From Minisyncoccota bacterium (GTDB lineage Bacteria; Patescibacteriota; Minisyncoccia; Phycocordibacterales; DATDWN01), in assembly GCA_025450615.1 (NCBI GenBank), contig JANWHC010000028.1, positions 1-38,291 on the forward strand: a DNA stretch of 38,291 bases, written 5' to 3'. Position 1 is the stretch's first letter; the number at the start of each line of letters is the position of its first letter. This document shows, piece after piece, positions 8,980 to 18,294 of this stretch. Position numbers and translations under genes: made by a program. The notes beneath the pieces are model-generated. The model saw nothing but the letters and a program-made list of their open reading frames with translations, searched no databases and was not told where the DNA came from.

Positions 8980-9312
8980 ATGCTACAAGAACGGGTAGTA
9001 TCCGACAGGTTCGGTTTTCTGCTTTCGACGGTAATGGAGAAAAGTGAACTTCAAGATCTTCACATCTCATATCGCTCGAAGCTTCCTGTTCAATTCGTGA
9101 GTGATGTGAAAGCGGGTAAAGTTGATCTGGATGACCGATCAGAAGAGGTAAGAAAGCTTCTGCACGTCCTTCAGCATCAATTCAGGTGTCTTTCCAGATG
9201 CCAGAAGGCCAAGGCTTTCAGACTTCTCCGAAGAGCTCGAAGGCTGAAACAGGGAGTCAAAGTTCCACCGTACAACAACCGGAACCGGGTCTGTCGAGGC
9301 AAGCGGCGCTAA
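8980..9312 (+). CDS. Divergent XRE-like HTH protein with Arg/Lys-rich tail (110 aa)
   Basis: AGGAGG SD; DLHISYRSKLPVQFVSDVKAG..EEVRKLLHVL aligns by eye with neighbouring HTH ORFs; own promoter (8921) and terminator. Confidence 0.6.
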   Translation: MLQERVVSDRFGFLLSTVMEKSELQDLHISYRSKLPVQFVSDVKAGKVDLDDRSEEVRKLLHVLQHQFRCLSRCQKAKAFRLLRRARRLKQGVKVPPYNNRNRVCRGKRR

Positions 9313-9327
9313 AACACGCCACAAGTC

Positions 9328-9376
9328 AAAAGATTCTGATCGCAACAGCTGACGCTACGCGATCAGAATCTTTTTT
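9328..9376 (+). terminator. Intrinsic terminator
   Basis: AAAAGATTCTGATCGC/GCGATCAGAATCTTTT perfect 16-bp arms, T tract. Confidence 0.85.
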
Positions 9377-9454
9377 GATAAAAAATTATTTACAAATTTT
9401 TAAATAGATGATTATATTAAATAAGGAAAGTTTTTTTGTACATTTTTTGAGGTG

Positions 9455-9742
9455 ATGATGATAAGTTCAACTGAAGCCTTCAACAGGATCAGAGACAAAG
9501 TAATTCGTTATGGTCCAAAAGTTGGGACCGATGTTGAACTTGCTGAGCGATCTCAGGTAAGTTTAGCGTCTCTAGCTTTTCTACAGACTGGTGTTGGTGT
9601 GAAGCCCACCAAGGATGAAGTAAAAAGAGTCATGGACGTTCTCAACTTGAATGGTCAAGCCACAAAGCGCTATATCGATATTCTTCTCATGATTGCTTAT
9701 TCAAGTGAGGAGACTACCGTACCATCTTCGGTTGAGGACTAA
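9455..9742 (+). CDS. XRE/Cro-like HTH protein (~95 aa)
   Basis: TDVELAERSQVSLASLAFLQTG..KPTKDEVKRVMDVL; GAGGTG SD; start may be 9455 or 9458. Confidence 0.7.
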   Translation: MMISSTEAFNRIRDKVIRYGPKVGTDVELAERSQVSLASLAFLQTGVGVKPTKDEVKRVMDVLNLNGQATKRYIDILLMIAYSSEETTVPSSVED

Positions 9743-9745
9743 CAA

Positions 9746-9773
9746 AAAGGCCATGGGTTTACCCAAGGCCTTT
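9746..9773. terminator. Terminator between HTH gene and convergent typA
   Basis: AAAGGCC-ATGGG-TTTA-CCCA-AGGCCTTT. Confidence 0.75.
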
Positions 9774-9800
9774 CGTCGTTTGACTACATTTACTAAAAAA

Positions 9801-11579
9801 TTATTTTTTCAAAACTTTCTTTCGTAGGCGGACAGACTTTGGAGTAATTTCAATATATTCGTCGTGAGACATAATTTCCATTGCTTTTTCGATATCTAGT
9901 TTTACAGTCGCAGCCAAGTAAACTTTGTCGTCAGAACCACTCGCTCGCATGTTTGTAAGTTGTTTTCCTTTTGTTGGGTTTACGTGTAAGTCCTCGCCTT
10001 TAGAAGTATTTCCAATAACCATTCCTTCGTAAACTTCAACTCCAGGGTCTATGTAAAGAGTTCCTCGCTGTTGTAAGTTATCGAGTGCAAAAGCTAGAGC
10101 TTTTCCTTTTTCCATAGAAACCATTGAGCCGTAAGTTGTTCTTTTTATTTCACCAACATAATCTCGGAATTCAATAAATCTTGAAGAAAGAATTCCATTT
10201 CCTTTTGTATCAATAACGAATTGTCCACGGTAACCAAGTAGTCCTCGAGTTGGGATTTCAAAAGTTAATCTTTGTGTGCCGTGACCTTGTTTTACATGTG
10301 TCAAAAGTCCACGTCGCTCTGTAAGACGTGCGATTATAGCACTAGCTAACTCATCGGAAACATCCACCGTAACTTCTTCAAAAGGTTCTGTTTTTACTCC
10401 ATTTACTTCTTTAATAATAACTTGCGGTTGGGATACCTGAAGCTCATAACCTTCTCGTCTCATGTTTTCACAAAGTATTGCGATGTGAAGTTCTCCACGT
10501 CCGTACACAGTAAAGTATTCGTTGTTATTCCAATCTATTTTTAATCCAACGTTTATCTCAAGTTCTTTTTCAAGCCTTTCTCTTATCTGTCGTCCTGTTA
10601 CGAACTTTCCTTCTCGTCCAGCGAAAGGTGAGTCGTTTACGAAAAAGTTTAGTGAGATTGTCGGCTCGTCAATGTTGATACTTGGTAGTGTTTCTGCGTT
10701 TTCATCTTTACAAATAGTGTCCCCGATATAAACAGTTGGAAGTCCAGCGATCATCACGATGTCACCAGCTGAAGCTTCAGGAGTTTCTACTCGCTTCACT
10801 CCTTCAAAAGAGAAAAGCTTTGTTAATTTTCCAGAAACAACTTTTCCATCATGACTTTTTACAAAAACTGTGTCACCAACAGTGATCTTTCCCTCGTAAA
10901 CCCTACAAACAGCAAGTCGTCCCAAAAAGTTATCATAGGCCAAGTTGAAAGACTGAAGTCTTGCGGGCGCAGTTTTGTCTCCTGTTGCAGGCGGGACTTC
11001 CTCCAAAATAGTTTCTAAAAGAGGAGTCAAGTCTGTACTTTCATCAGTCAATTTTTTCTTCGCAACACCTTGTCGGCCTATAGCATAAACTGTTGTAAAG
11101 TCTAATTGTTCGTCATTTGCTCCAAGTTCTAGGAAAAGTTCTAAAACAAGTTCGTGCACTTCGTCAGGCCGTGCTGCTGGTTTGTCGATTTTATTTATGA
11201 TCACGATAGGCTTAAGTCCCAATTCAAGTGATTTTTTTAAAACGAAACGAGTTTGAGGCATCGGTCCCTCTTGGGCATCCACGAGTAAAAGCACTGTATC
11301 GATAGATCGCAAAACTCGCTCAACTTCAGAACCGAAGTCAGAGTGGCCAGGTGTATCCACAATATTGATTTTTGTCACTTCGCGTCCAGATTCTTTCGAA
11401 GGGTAGTAAACAGAAGTATTTTTCGCGTAAATAGTAATACCACGTTCTAGCTCTAGAGCGTTTGAGTCCATACTTACTCCTTCCTCGGTCACCATCCCAG
11501 TCTGCTTCATTAGAGCGTCAGTTAAGGTGGTTTTACCGTGGTCCACGTGGGCTATGATTGCTATATTACGTATCTGCAT
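9801..11579 (-). CDS. typA: Translational GTPase TypA/BipA
   Basis: [46 protein letters not shown]. Confidence 0.97.
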   Translation of the reverse strand: MQIRNIAIIAHVDHGKTTLTDALMKQTGMVTEEGVSMDSNALELERGITIYAKNTSVYYPSKESGREVTKINIVDTPGHSDFGSEVERVLRSIDTVLLLVDAQEGPMPQTRFVLKKSLELGLKPIVIINKIDKPAARPDEVHELVLELFLELGANDEQLDFTTVYAIGRQGVAKKKLTDESTDLTPLLETILEEVPPATGDKTAPARLQSFNLAYDNFLGRLAVCRVYEGKITVGDTVFVKSHDGKVVSGKLTKLFSFEGVKRVETPEASAGDIVMIAGLPTVYIGDTICKDENAETLPSINIDEPTISLNFFVNDSPFAGREGKFVTGRQIRERLEKELEINVGLKIDWNNNEYFTVYGRGELHIAILCENMRREGYELQVSQPQVIIKEVNGVKTEPFEEVTVDVSDELASAIIARLTERRGLLTHVKQGHGTQRLTFEIPTRGLLGYRGQFVIDTKGNGILSSRFIEFRDYVGEIKRTTYGSMVSMEKGKALAFALDNLQQRGTLYIDPGVEVYEGMVIGNTSKGEDLHVNPTKGKQLTNMRASGSDDKVYLAATVKLDIEKAMEIMSHDEYIEITPKSVRLRKKVLKK

Positions 11580-11693
11580 AGGATTGATTTGAAAACCGGC
11601 TGAACGCCGGTTATTAGCCCTAATTAAAGCATAAAATGGCTATTTCGGTCAACTTTCTTGCTAAAAGGCCCTAAACCTGAGATTATGATAATT

Positions 11694-12299
11694 ATGTTCA
11701 TTTCTCCAGAATCGGCTCTAACAATTCTCGAGCACTATAAGTATTTGATCATTTTCCCTTTTACGATAATCGAAGGTCCTATCATTATTATCATCTCTGG
11801 TTTTCTAGTTTATTTAGGTTTTCTTAATTCTATTTCAGCATATATTATCTTGTCCTTAGCTGACATTATAGGTGACTGTTTGTATTACACGATTGGTAGA
11901 TACTGGAGAGAGTGGAGATGGATAAAAAAATATATGAGTTATGTAGGTTACAATGAAAACAGTGAAGCTTTCCTAGAGTCTCATTTCCGTCGACATAAAG
12001 GCAAAACCTTTCTTTTGGCCAAAATATCTCATGGTATTGGTGGAGCAATCCAAATAACCGCTGGTATCGCTAAAGTAAATTTTTGGCAGTTTCTTTTCTA
12101 TAGTGTTGTCGGAACTCTCCCTAAGACTCTTGTTTTAATGCTCATTGGTTTCTATCTTGGAAACTCTTACATAAAAATAGATGGCTTATTTAACTATATT
12201 GCACTCATAACTATAAGCATTTCTATACTTATAGTATTTTTCTATATTGTTCTACAGAAGCGACTAAAGAAATTCTTCACTACACCGGATTCAGAATAG
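11694..12299 (+). CDS. DedA/VTT family membrane protein
   Basis: GDCLYYTIGR, multiple TM helices, AGIAKVNFWQF; start uncertain (11685 or 11694). Confidence 0.85.
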   Translation: MFISPESALTILEHYKYLIIFPFTIIEGPIIIIISGFLVYLGFLNSISAYIILSLADIIGDCLYYTIGRYWREWRWIKKYMSYVGYNENSEAFLESHFRRHKGKTFLLAKISHGIGGAIQITAGIAKVNFWQFLFYSVVGTLPKTLVLMLIGFYLGNSYIKIDGLFNYIALITISISILIVFFYIVLQKRLKKFFTTPDSE

Positions 12300-12334
12300 A
12301 TAGAAATAGTTTTATTTGGTAAAATATAATAAGT

Positions 12335-12583
12335 ATGGAAATACCAACTCTTGTCTTACCAACTCTTCCTCACATCAAACTTTCGCTTTTTATAAATGTG
12401 CCAGTTTTGATTGCGATTCTTGTTTTGTTTGCATGTTTTTACACTGTAGTGACTTCAGTTATTGTCTACCACTGGCATGCCTATGGTATGAAAAGTCAGG
12501 GGATTATTGTGGCAGAGTCACTTTACTTTTTTGTGACTTCCGTGTTGTTTGTCTGTGCTGGAGTATCGCTATTTTATTTCTAA
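12335..12583 (+). CDS. Small two-TM membrane protein
   Basis: 82 aa, two hydrophobic helices, -10-like box upstream. Confidence 0.6.
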   Translation: MEIPTLVLPTLPHIKLSLFINVPVLIAILVLFACFYTVVTSVIVYHWHAYGMKSQGIIVAESLYFFVTSVLFVCAGVSLFYF

Positions 12584-12596
12584 AATTATTATATAT

Positions 12597-13148
12597 ATGG
12601 CAAAATACGAAGCACTACATTTGGATCCGGGTGAAAACGTTATTTTTGAAGTTAGGAAACACTGGATTATTTTTCTTGAGCACACTATAGCTCTTTCTTT
12701 AGCGGCATTTATACCGTTTGTAGTTTTCGCCCTTTTGGAAATTTTTGTTCCAACCTTAATAAACGTAAATCTTCCAGGCAACGAGTATGCATTATTTGTT
12801 TTTTTCTATTGCATTTGGCTACTTATTCTCTGGATATCATTTTTTGTAAATTGGACCAAGTATTATTTGGATGTATGGTATGTGACTGAAAAGCGTATCA
12901 TAGCCATAGATCAAAAAAGGATTTTCAGCCGTGAAGTTTCAAATGTTCGTTTTGATAAGGTTCAGGACGTAACAGTTACGGTGAAAGGCTTTATTGCTAC
13001 ATTTTTGGATTTTGGAAATATTGAAGTTCAAACAGCTAGTGAAGATAATAGAGATTTCAAAATGACAGTGGTGCGACACCCACAAGAAGTTAGACGAATA
13101 ATCTTTAACCAACAGAATAAAAATAGTGACACAAGACCTGGTGTATAG
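12597..13148 (+). CDS. Membrane protein with bacterial PH domain (bPH_2-like)
   Basis: GENVIFEVRKHW, two TM helices, YVTEKRII..QDVTV..FGNIEVQTA. Confidence 0.8.
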   Translation: MAKYEALHLDPGENVIFEVRKHWIIFLEHTIALSLAAFIPFVVFALLEIFVPTLINVNLPGNEYALFVFFYCIWLLILWISFFVNWTKYYLDVWYVTEKRIIAIDQKRIFSREVSNVRFDKVQDVTVTVKGFIATFLDFGNIEVQTASEDNRDFKMTVVRHPQEVRRIIFNQQNKNSDTRPGV

Positions 13149-13238
13149 CCAAAAGTAATACACAGGGTATATTGAGGATGCTTCATGAAAACCTGTATAA
13201 TTGTTAGGAAGTCGTTTATTTAATAAATTAATAAAAAT

Positions 13239-13457
13239 ATGAAGGCATTACATAAGATCGCATTTATTCTTCTTGTTATTGGTGGACTAGAGTGGGGACT
13301 ACATGCGTTTGGATATGATCCAATAGATATGTTGGGATCACAAATCGCAATGATTGTTTATGTGCTAGTTGGTCTTTCTGCGATTTTGGAAGGCGTTACC
13401 CATAAGAGTAATTGTGCACATTGTGCAAAACCGGGGATGAGTGGACAGCAAATGTAG
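13239..13457 (+). CDS. DUF378-family small membrane protein
   Basis: LLVIGGLEWGL..VYVLVGLSA pattern. Confidence 0.8.
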   Translation: MKALHKIAFILLVIGGLEWGLHAFGYDPIDMLGSQIAMIVYVLVGLSAILEGVTHKSNCAHCAKPGMSGQQM

Positions 13458-13473
13458 TACGTGCAATAATTAT

Positions 13474-13509
13474 AAATGTAAAACCTCTCGCAAGAGAGGT
13501 TTTACATTT
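13474..13509. terminator. Bidirectional terminator
   Basis: Perfect 16-bp stem AAATGTAAAACCTCTC with GCAA loop, between convergent genes. Confidence 0.9.
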
Positions 13510-13519
13510 GTGGGAATTT

Positions 13520-13837
13520 TTATAAGAAAGCTTTATTTAGATCAATTTTATCGTGGTGCTCTGTATAAATAACTTTTCCTTTAAAAATAGTTATTACTTG
13601 GGGTGACTCATGATTTATATGAAACCAGTCTGCAATCTTTTCGGATAAAACTGGTTCAGTTTGTACTGTGACTCGATAAATTAGATAATCTTTTTTGTTG
13701 TCAACAAAATTTTCAAAATGTTTTGAAAGCCTTTCGCTTGTTCCGCAATCGTTAGAGTATTTAAATATTACTACAGGCCGAACAGTCGATGATTCTAGTA
13801 TCTCTGATAAGTGTGAAGTGAACTTAAATACACTCAT
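13520..13837 (-). CDS. YtxJ/BrxC-like monothiol thioredoxin-fold protein
   Basis: IFKYSNDCGTS and HESPQVI motifs. Confidence 0.8.
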   Translation of the reverse strand: MSVFKFTSHLSEILESSTVRPVVIFKYSNDCGTSERLSKHFENFVDNKKDYLIYRVTVQTEPVLSEKIADWFHINHESPQVITIFKGKVIYTEHHDKIDLNKAFL

Positions 13838-13885
13838 AAAGATCATTATATAACAAAACAGTCCCTCGATAGGAACTGTTTTGGT

Positions 13886-14236
13886 TTAGTATGAGTAAGA
13901 TCGGAAGAGGGAAGAAAGGTTTTTCTTAAAAGCTTTCTTTTCGTCTATATGTTCGTGAACAATAAGTTTTTCTCTCTTAGGCATTTCTGGAGTCATCATG
14001 GCTAATACTTCTGCCTCCTTTCGGATAACAGTTTCTCTTATCTCTCTTAATTCTCTCTCGATTTTTCTTTTTCTAATTGGTGAAATTTGCTCATCTAAAA
14101 TAACATCCACATTTATGTGAGTTTCTTCGTGTATCGCTACACCATTCGGAGAATTTTCGACTATATTAGATAGTTTAATAATCTGGTCGATGTGACTCTG
14201 AACCTGTTCAACTGTATGAAAACGCTTATTTGTCAT
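13886..14236 (-). CDS. Hypothetical protein (116 aa)
   Basis: TTGACA-16-TACAAT promoter ending 7 nt before ATG; terminator hairpin at about 13855-13882. Confidence 0.65.
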   Translation of the reverse strand: MTNKRFHTVEQVQSHIDQIIKLSNIVENSPNGVAIHEETHINVDVILDEQISPIRKRKIERELREIRETVIRKEAEVLAMMTPEMPKREKLIVHEHIDEKKAFKKNLSSLFRSYSY

Positions 14237-14334
14237 GGGTACTATTGTACGCCAGTATATACAAATGTCAAGGTTTTCCTTGACATTTTCTAAAATACGT
14301 TGATAAATAAGGTTATTTTAAGATTTTGTGATTG

Positions 14335-16077
14335 CTATGCTCTCTCACCAATCTGTTGTCTCCACATAGCATAATAAAGACCTTTTTTCTCCAAAAGTTC
14401 ACTGTGAGAGCCTTGCTCAGAGACCTCTCCCTTCTCTAAAACATAAATTTTGTCCGCGTGCATGATTGTCGAAAGTCTATGAGCAACAAGGATAGTTATA
14501 TGTTTCTTTTCAGAGTTCAGCTCCTTAATTGTTTTAGTTATTTCTTCTTCGGTAATTGAGTCGAGGGAAGATGTAGCTTCATCAAAAACTAAAAGTTTCG
14601 GTTTTCGTAGCAAGGCTCGAGCAATGGAAAGTCTTTGTTTTTCTCCGCCAGATATTTTTATTCCTCCTTCACCAATCACAGTATCCAGTCCTTTATCAGC
14701 TCTGTTTAAAAGAGTTTGAGCTGCACTTTTGTTTAGGCTATTTAACATTTCCTCATCAGTTGCTTTAGGATTAACGAATAGCAAGTTTTCTTTTATTGTT
14801 CCAGCAAAGAGTTGAGTATCTTGGGTAACGAAACCAATTTGTTCACGTAATTCCTGAACTCTTATTTCTGATTCATCAACTTTGTTATATAGAATATTTC
14901 CTGAGGTAGGTCTATAAAGTCCAACTAAAAGTTTAATCAAACTTGTTTTTCCAGATCCGGATGGACCAACAAACGCCACAGTCTCACCTCTGTTTACTTT
15001 AAAAGAAACTTCAGACAGGGCACTATTTTTTGCTGTTCCGTAAGTGAAACCAAGATTTTGAAACTCAATTGAATCCAGATCACCGATAGTTTTTGTTTTG
15101 TCTGGTACTTTTTCAGTAGGCATCTCTAATATACCTTTCAATCTATTCATGGAACTTTCAGTTTCTCTATATGTATTTATTGTGTTACCAAGTTCTTGTA
15201 GTGAGCCAAAAATAAAGAATGAGTAAATATAGAGAGAGAAAAATTCACCAAAGCTTATAATTTTCAAGAAAATAAGAACCATCATAAAAAGCAGGATAGA
15301 TGTTCGGAGGAAGTTTATGATCGTTCCTTGTATGAAACTAACACCTCTTATATATCGCAACTTTTTCAATTCCAATGCTAAGATTTTATCTGTAGTTGCA
15401 TTTAATCTTTTTATTTCTTGATCAGAAAGCCCTAAACTTTTTACCAACTCAATATTTCGTAAAGACTCTGTTGTTGCTCCAGCTAAGGCAGAAGTTTCTT
15501 TAACTATTTGATTTTGAACATCTTTTATCTTTTTAGTAATAAGTAAGCTCATACTCCCGATTACAGGAATAGTTAAAAAATAGGCTAGAGCCACGCCCCA
15601 GTAAACTGTGAGAGCATAAATACTCACGAACAAAAAGGCGATAAGAGAAGTGAAAGTAATATTTACAGTAGAAGTTATTAACTTCTCCATATCACTTCTA
15701 GACTTTTGGAGAATATTTAAGGTTTCTCCACTTCGTTGATCCTCAAAAACACTGTAGGGAAGTGCAAGTGAGTGAGCCACGCCCTTTCCGTAAAGTTTTG
15801 CGCCAACTCTTTGGGTAATACTGTTTAAGTAGTAATCTTGGAAATTTTTGGCAACTCGAGAAATAAAAGCTGCACCGATAGATAGAAATAGTAGGAATAG
15901 TATTCCGTGTAAAAATTGAGAGAAAGTGTATTGGTCAAATTTTGTAGCATAGTCGTCAATGACATGTCTAAAAATTAAAGGGTCGATCAGGGTAAAAATC
16001 TGGTTAATCGCTGCTAGAACCAAAACCGAAAGACACAGTTTCCAATACTGTTTTAAATTTGAATATAATAATTGCAT
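14335..16077 (-). CDS. ABC exporter, fused permease/ATPase (MdlB/MsbA-like)
   Basis: N-terminal TM domain; GPSGSGKT, ISGGEKQR, VFDEATS, AHRLST. Confidence 0.95.
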   Translation of the reverse strand: MQLLYSNLKQYWKLCLSVLVLAAINQIFTLIDPLIFRHVIDDYATKFDQYTFSQFLHGILFLLFLSIGAAFISRVAKNFQDYYLNSITQRVGAKLYGKGVAHSLALPYSVFEDQRSGETLNILQKSRSDMEKLITSTVNITFTSLIAFLFVSIYALTVYWGVALAYFLTIPVIGSMSLLITKKIKDVQNQIVKETSALAGATTESLRNIELVKSLGLSDQEIKRLNATTDKILALELKKLRYIRGVSFIQGTIINFLRTSILLFMMVLIFLKIISFGEFFSLYIYSFFIFGSLQELGNTINTYRETESSMNRLKGILEMPTEKVPDKTKTIGDLDSIEFQNLGFTYGTAKNSALSEVSFKVNRGETVAFVGPSGSGKTSLIKLLVGLYRPTSGNILYNKVDESEIRVQELREQIGFVTQDTQLFAGTIKENLLFVNPKATDEEMLNSLNKSAAQTLLNRADKGLDTVIGEGGIKISGGEKQRLSIARALLRKPKLLVFDEATSSLDSITEEEITKTIKELNSEKKHITILVAHRLSTIMHADKIYVLEKGEVSEQGSHSELLEKKGLYYAMWRQQIGERA

Positions 16078-16120
16078 AAGAAACTAGTATACCAAGTAAC
16101 ACTACTATATAACAATACTG

Positions 16121-16540
16121 CTATGCAGTTATGTCAGAAGTTAATATTTCACGTAAATCTCGGGAACTTATAGGTTTTGTGATGTGTGTAGAAAAGCCAG
16201 CTTGGATCGCTTTTATTTTATCTTTTTCCATCCCATAGCCAGTCACAGCTATAACTGGAACATTTTTCCATCTCTCACTACTTTTTAAGAATCGGACCAA
16301 ATCATAGCCAGTGACTTCCGGCATATCTATATCAAGCATTATGAGATCTACTTTTTTATTATCTAAAAATTCTATTGCTTCTTTAGCAGAATATGAACCG
16401 TAAGCATTCCATCCAAGTACATGAAGTAGAGAAACTAAAGAGTCGGTAGTGGACATATCATCGTCAATAACCAAAATAGTCCGGACGTTACTTTCTTTCA
16501 CCGTGGGCAAGGAAGCGACGTTTTCTTTTGTTGGTTTCAT
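16121..16540 (-). CDS. Single-domain response regulator (CheY-like receiver)
   Basis: LVIDDD, LDIDMP, VTGYG, ITKP. Confidence 0.9.
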   Translation of the reverse strand: MKPTKENVASLPTVKESNVRTILVIDDDMSTTDSLVSLLHVLGWNAYGSYSAKEAIEFLDNKKVDLIMLDIDMPEVTGYDLVRFLKSSERWKNVPVIAVTGYGMEKDKIKAIQAGFSTHITKPISSRDLREILTSDITA

Positions 16541-16631
16541 TTATATAGATTATCTGTATTTGGGTGAAGGGCGCATGAATAAATAGTTTTGATTCATCTG
16601 GTCTTCACGATGAGTTTAGTAAGTTTAAACT

Positions 16632-17003
16632 ATGATATCAACACAAACGTCATATACTTCTTCAACAACAAAACCTTTGTACAAGGGTACGCAGATAGTT
16701 TGGTACATTTTAGGAGCCCTCGAAGTATTTCTAGCTTTTCGTTTTGTTTTGAAATTGCTTGGGGCCAACCCCGCTGCAGGTTTTACTAAGTTTATTTATG
16801 GAGTGACTTATATTTTCTCAGCACCATTTAACAATGTATTCAGGTTTAACCGTGTCGGTGGAAGTATTTTCGAATGGACAACACTTTTAGCAATGATCGT
16901 TTATTGGATTGCCGCAGTAGGTATTGTGAAGCTTTTCCTTATGAGTAAAACAGTTTCCACTCCTGAGGCGGCAGTTAAACTTAACAAACAGGAAGAACAA
17001 TAG
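16632..17003 (+). CDS. YggT-like membrane protein
   Basis: RFVLKLLGANP..IYGVT..APF. Confidence 0.75.
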   Translation: MISTQTSYTSSTTKPLYKGTQIVWYILGALEVFLAFRFVLKLLGANPAAGFTKFIYGVTYIFSAPFNNVFRFNRVGGSIFEWTTLLAMIVYWIAAVGIVKLFLMSKTVSTPEAAVKLNKQEEQ

Positions 17004-17005
17004 AT

Positions 17006-17512
17006 TTATTCTCCGGCGAAGGCTTTATCTAAGTCAGCGATGATTATTTTTTTCATCTGAAGCATAGCGTGTGTAGCTCTTCTTCCAGCTTCACCTTCTT
17101 GGCCTAGCCATTTCTCCATTCCTGGAGCAATCTGCCACGAAAGTCCATATTTGTCTTTCAACCAACCACACTGGCTTTCTTGTCCGCCGTCATTTACAAA
17201 TTTATTCCAAAAGTAGTCGATCTCCGTCTGATCTTTACAGTCGACGAGGAGTGAAACTGATTCATTGAATTTAAAAATTGGTCCACCATCGAGTGCCATA
17301 TAGCGATTTCCTTCAAGTTCAAAAATTCCAGTTAAAACTTTTCCTTCAAAACCTTTCATTGGTCCCTCAAGTGGTCCCTCAGGATATTTTTTAATATCAA
17401 TAACCTTCGAATCTATTTTTTTGTTTGGATTTCCATTAAAAACTGAAACGTAATAATTTATTGCTTCCTCAGCATTTGTATCGAACCATAAGAACGGTGT
17501 AATTTTATTCAT
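17006..17512 (-). CDS. VOC/PhnB-family protein
   Basis: KITPFLWFD, ALDGGP, CGWLKDKYGLSWQI. Confidence 0.92.
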   Translation of the reverse strand: MNKITPFLWFDTNAEEAINYYVSVFNGNPNKKIDSKVIDIKKYPEGPLEGPMKGFEGKVLTGIFELEGNRYMALDGGPIFKFNESVSLLVDCKDQTEIDYFWNKFVNDGGQESQCGWLKDKYGLSWQIAPGMEKWLGQEGEAGRRATHAMLQMKKIIIADLDKAFAGE

Positions 17513-17583
17513 AGTAATATTTTAATTAATTTAAATAAATAATAGATGAAGATTAATTATATCAAAGTAAGTTAAATAAAAAT

Positions 17584-17625
17584 AAAAAGATGAAACCCGC
17601 GTGGAGCAGGTTCCATCACGGGTTC
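17584..17625 (-). terminator. Terminator of peptidase unit
   Basis: Minus strand AACCCGTG-ATGGA..TCCA-CGCGGGTT followed by T-rich tail. Confidence 0.7.
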
Positions 17626-17626
17626 G

Positions 17627-18196
17627 TTACTTTCTTTTAATACGGACAACATCTAATCCGCACTTTGCTAGAAGGGCAACTCTTCGATAGAACATGTCCC
17701 TCACCGCCACCTCTTCTGGGACTTTGGGAAACTTGTCACCAAGAGATCCTAACCGCTGGATGACTTGTGCTCCATAGCACCCACCTTGATAGACTGAGTC
17801 AGCTGACAAACTATCGGCTGCAAACTCCTTCTCTAAAGTTCCCATCATGGAGTAGTCAGAGTGAAGAAGCAGAAGGTGGACTGCTTCGTGACCAAGCATA
17901 AATGCAACTTCGCCCTTGGTCCAAATTTCTAAGGGCAGATCATCACTTACCGCTACAACACAACCCAACTTTGAGTCTGGGCAGTCGAGCGTAGCGACAA
18001 ACAGTTGACTTCTTACCACTACATCGACTTTCGCCACTTCGGGTCCAAGATGGTCGAAGCACGTATGGAAGGTCGCGGTGAGATATTTTTCCCAAGTTAC
18101 CCGATCTTCTACTTTGGGCAAATCTGTAGGTATGCACCCACTGGTCGGCCCACTTTGAAGTACAGTCGTCAGGGCCAAAGCAACTAACAAGAGCAT
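17627..18196 (-). CDS. Secreted M48-like zinc metallopeptidase
   Basis: Hydrophobic signal peptide; EVAFMLGHEAVH (HExxH) and EFAAD; AAGGAG SD; TTGACA-16-TATTCT promoter at 18265-18238. Confidence 0.75.
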   Translation of the reverse strand: MLLLVALALTTVLQSGPTSGCIPTDLPKVEDRVTWEKYLTATFHTCFDHLGPEVAKVDVVVRSQLFVATLDCPDSKLGCVVAVSDDLPLEIWTKGEVAFMLGHEAVHLLLLHSDYSMMGTLEKEFAADSLSADSVYQGGCYGAQVIQRLGSLGDKFPKVPEEVAVRDMFYRRVALLAKCGLDVVRIKRK

Positions 18197-18294
18197 AGGA
18201 TCTCCTTTTAAGTATTGAGTTTAACAAGTCTTTCTTCAGAATAGTACCTATCGTTGTTTTGTCAACGATGTATCACATTATGGAAAGGTGTAAT

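Noticed and set aside
8855..9790. Cassette hairpins as integron attC sites
   Set aside because: No consistent RYYYAAC...GTTRRRY ends, the hairpins share no sequence, each unit has its own promoter, and there is no integrase in the window.
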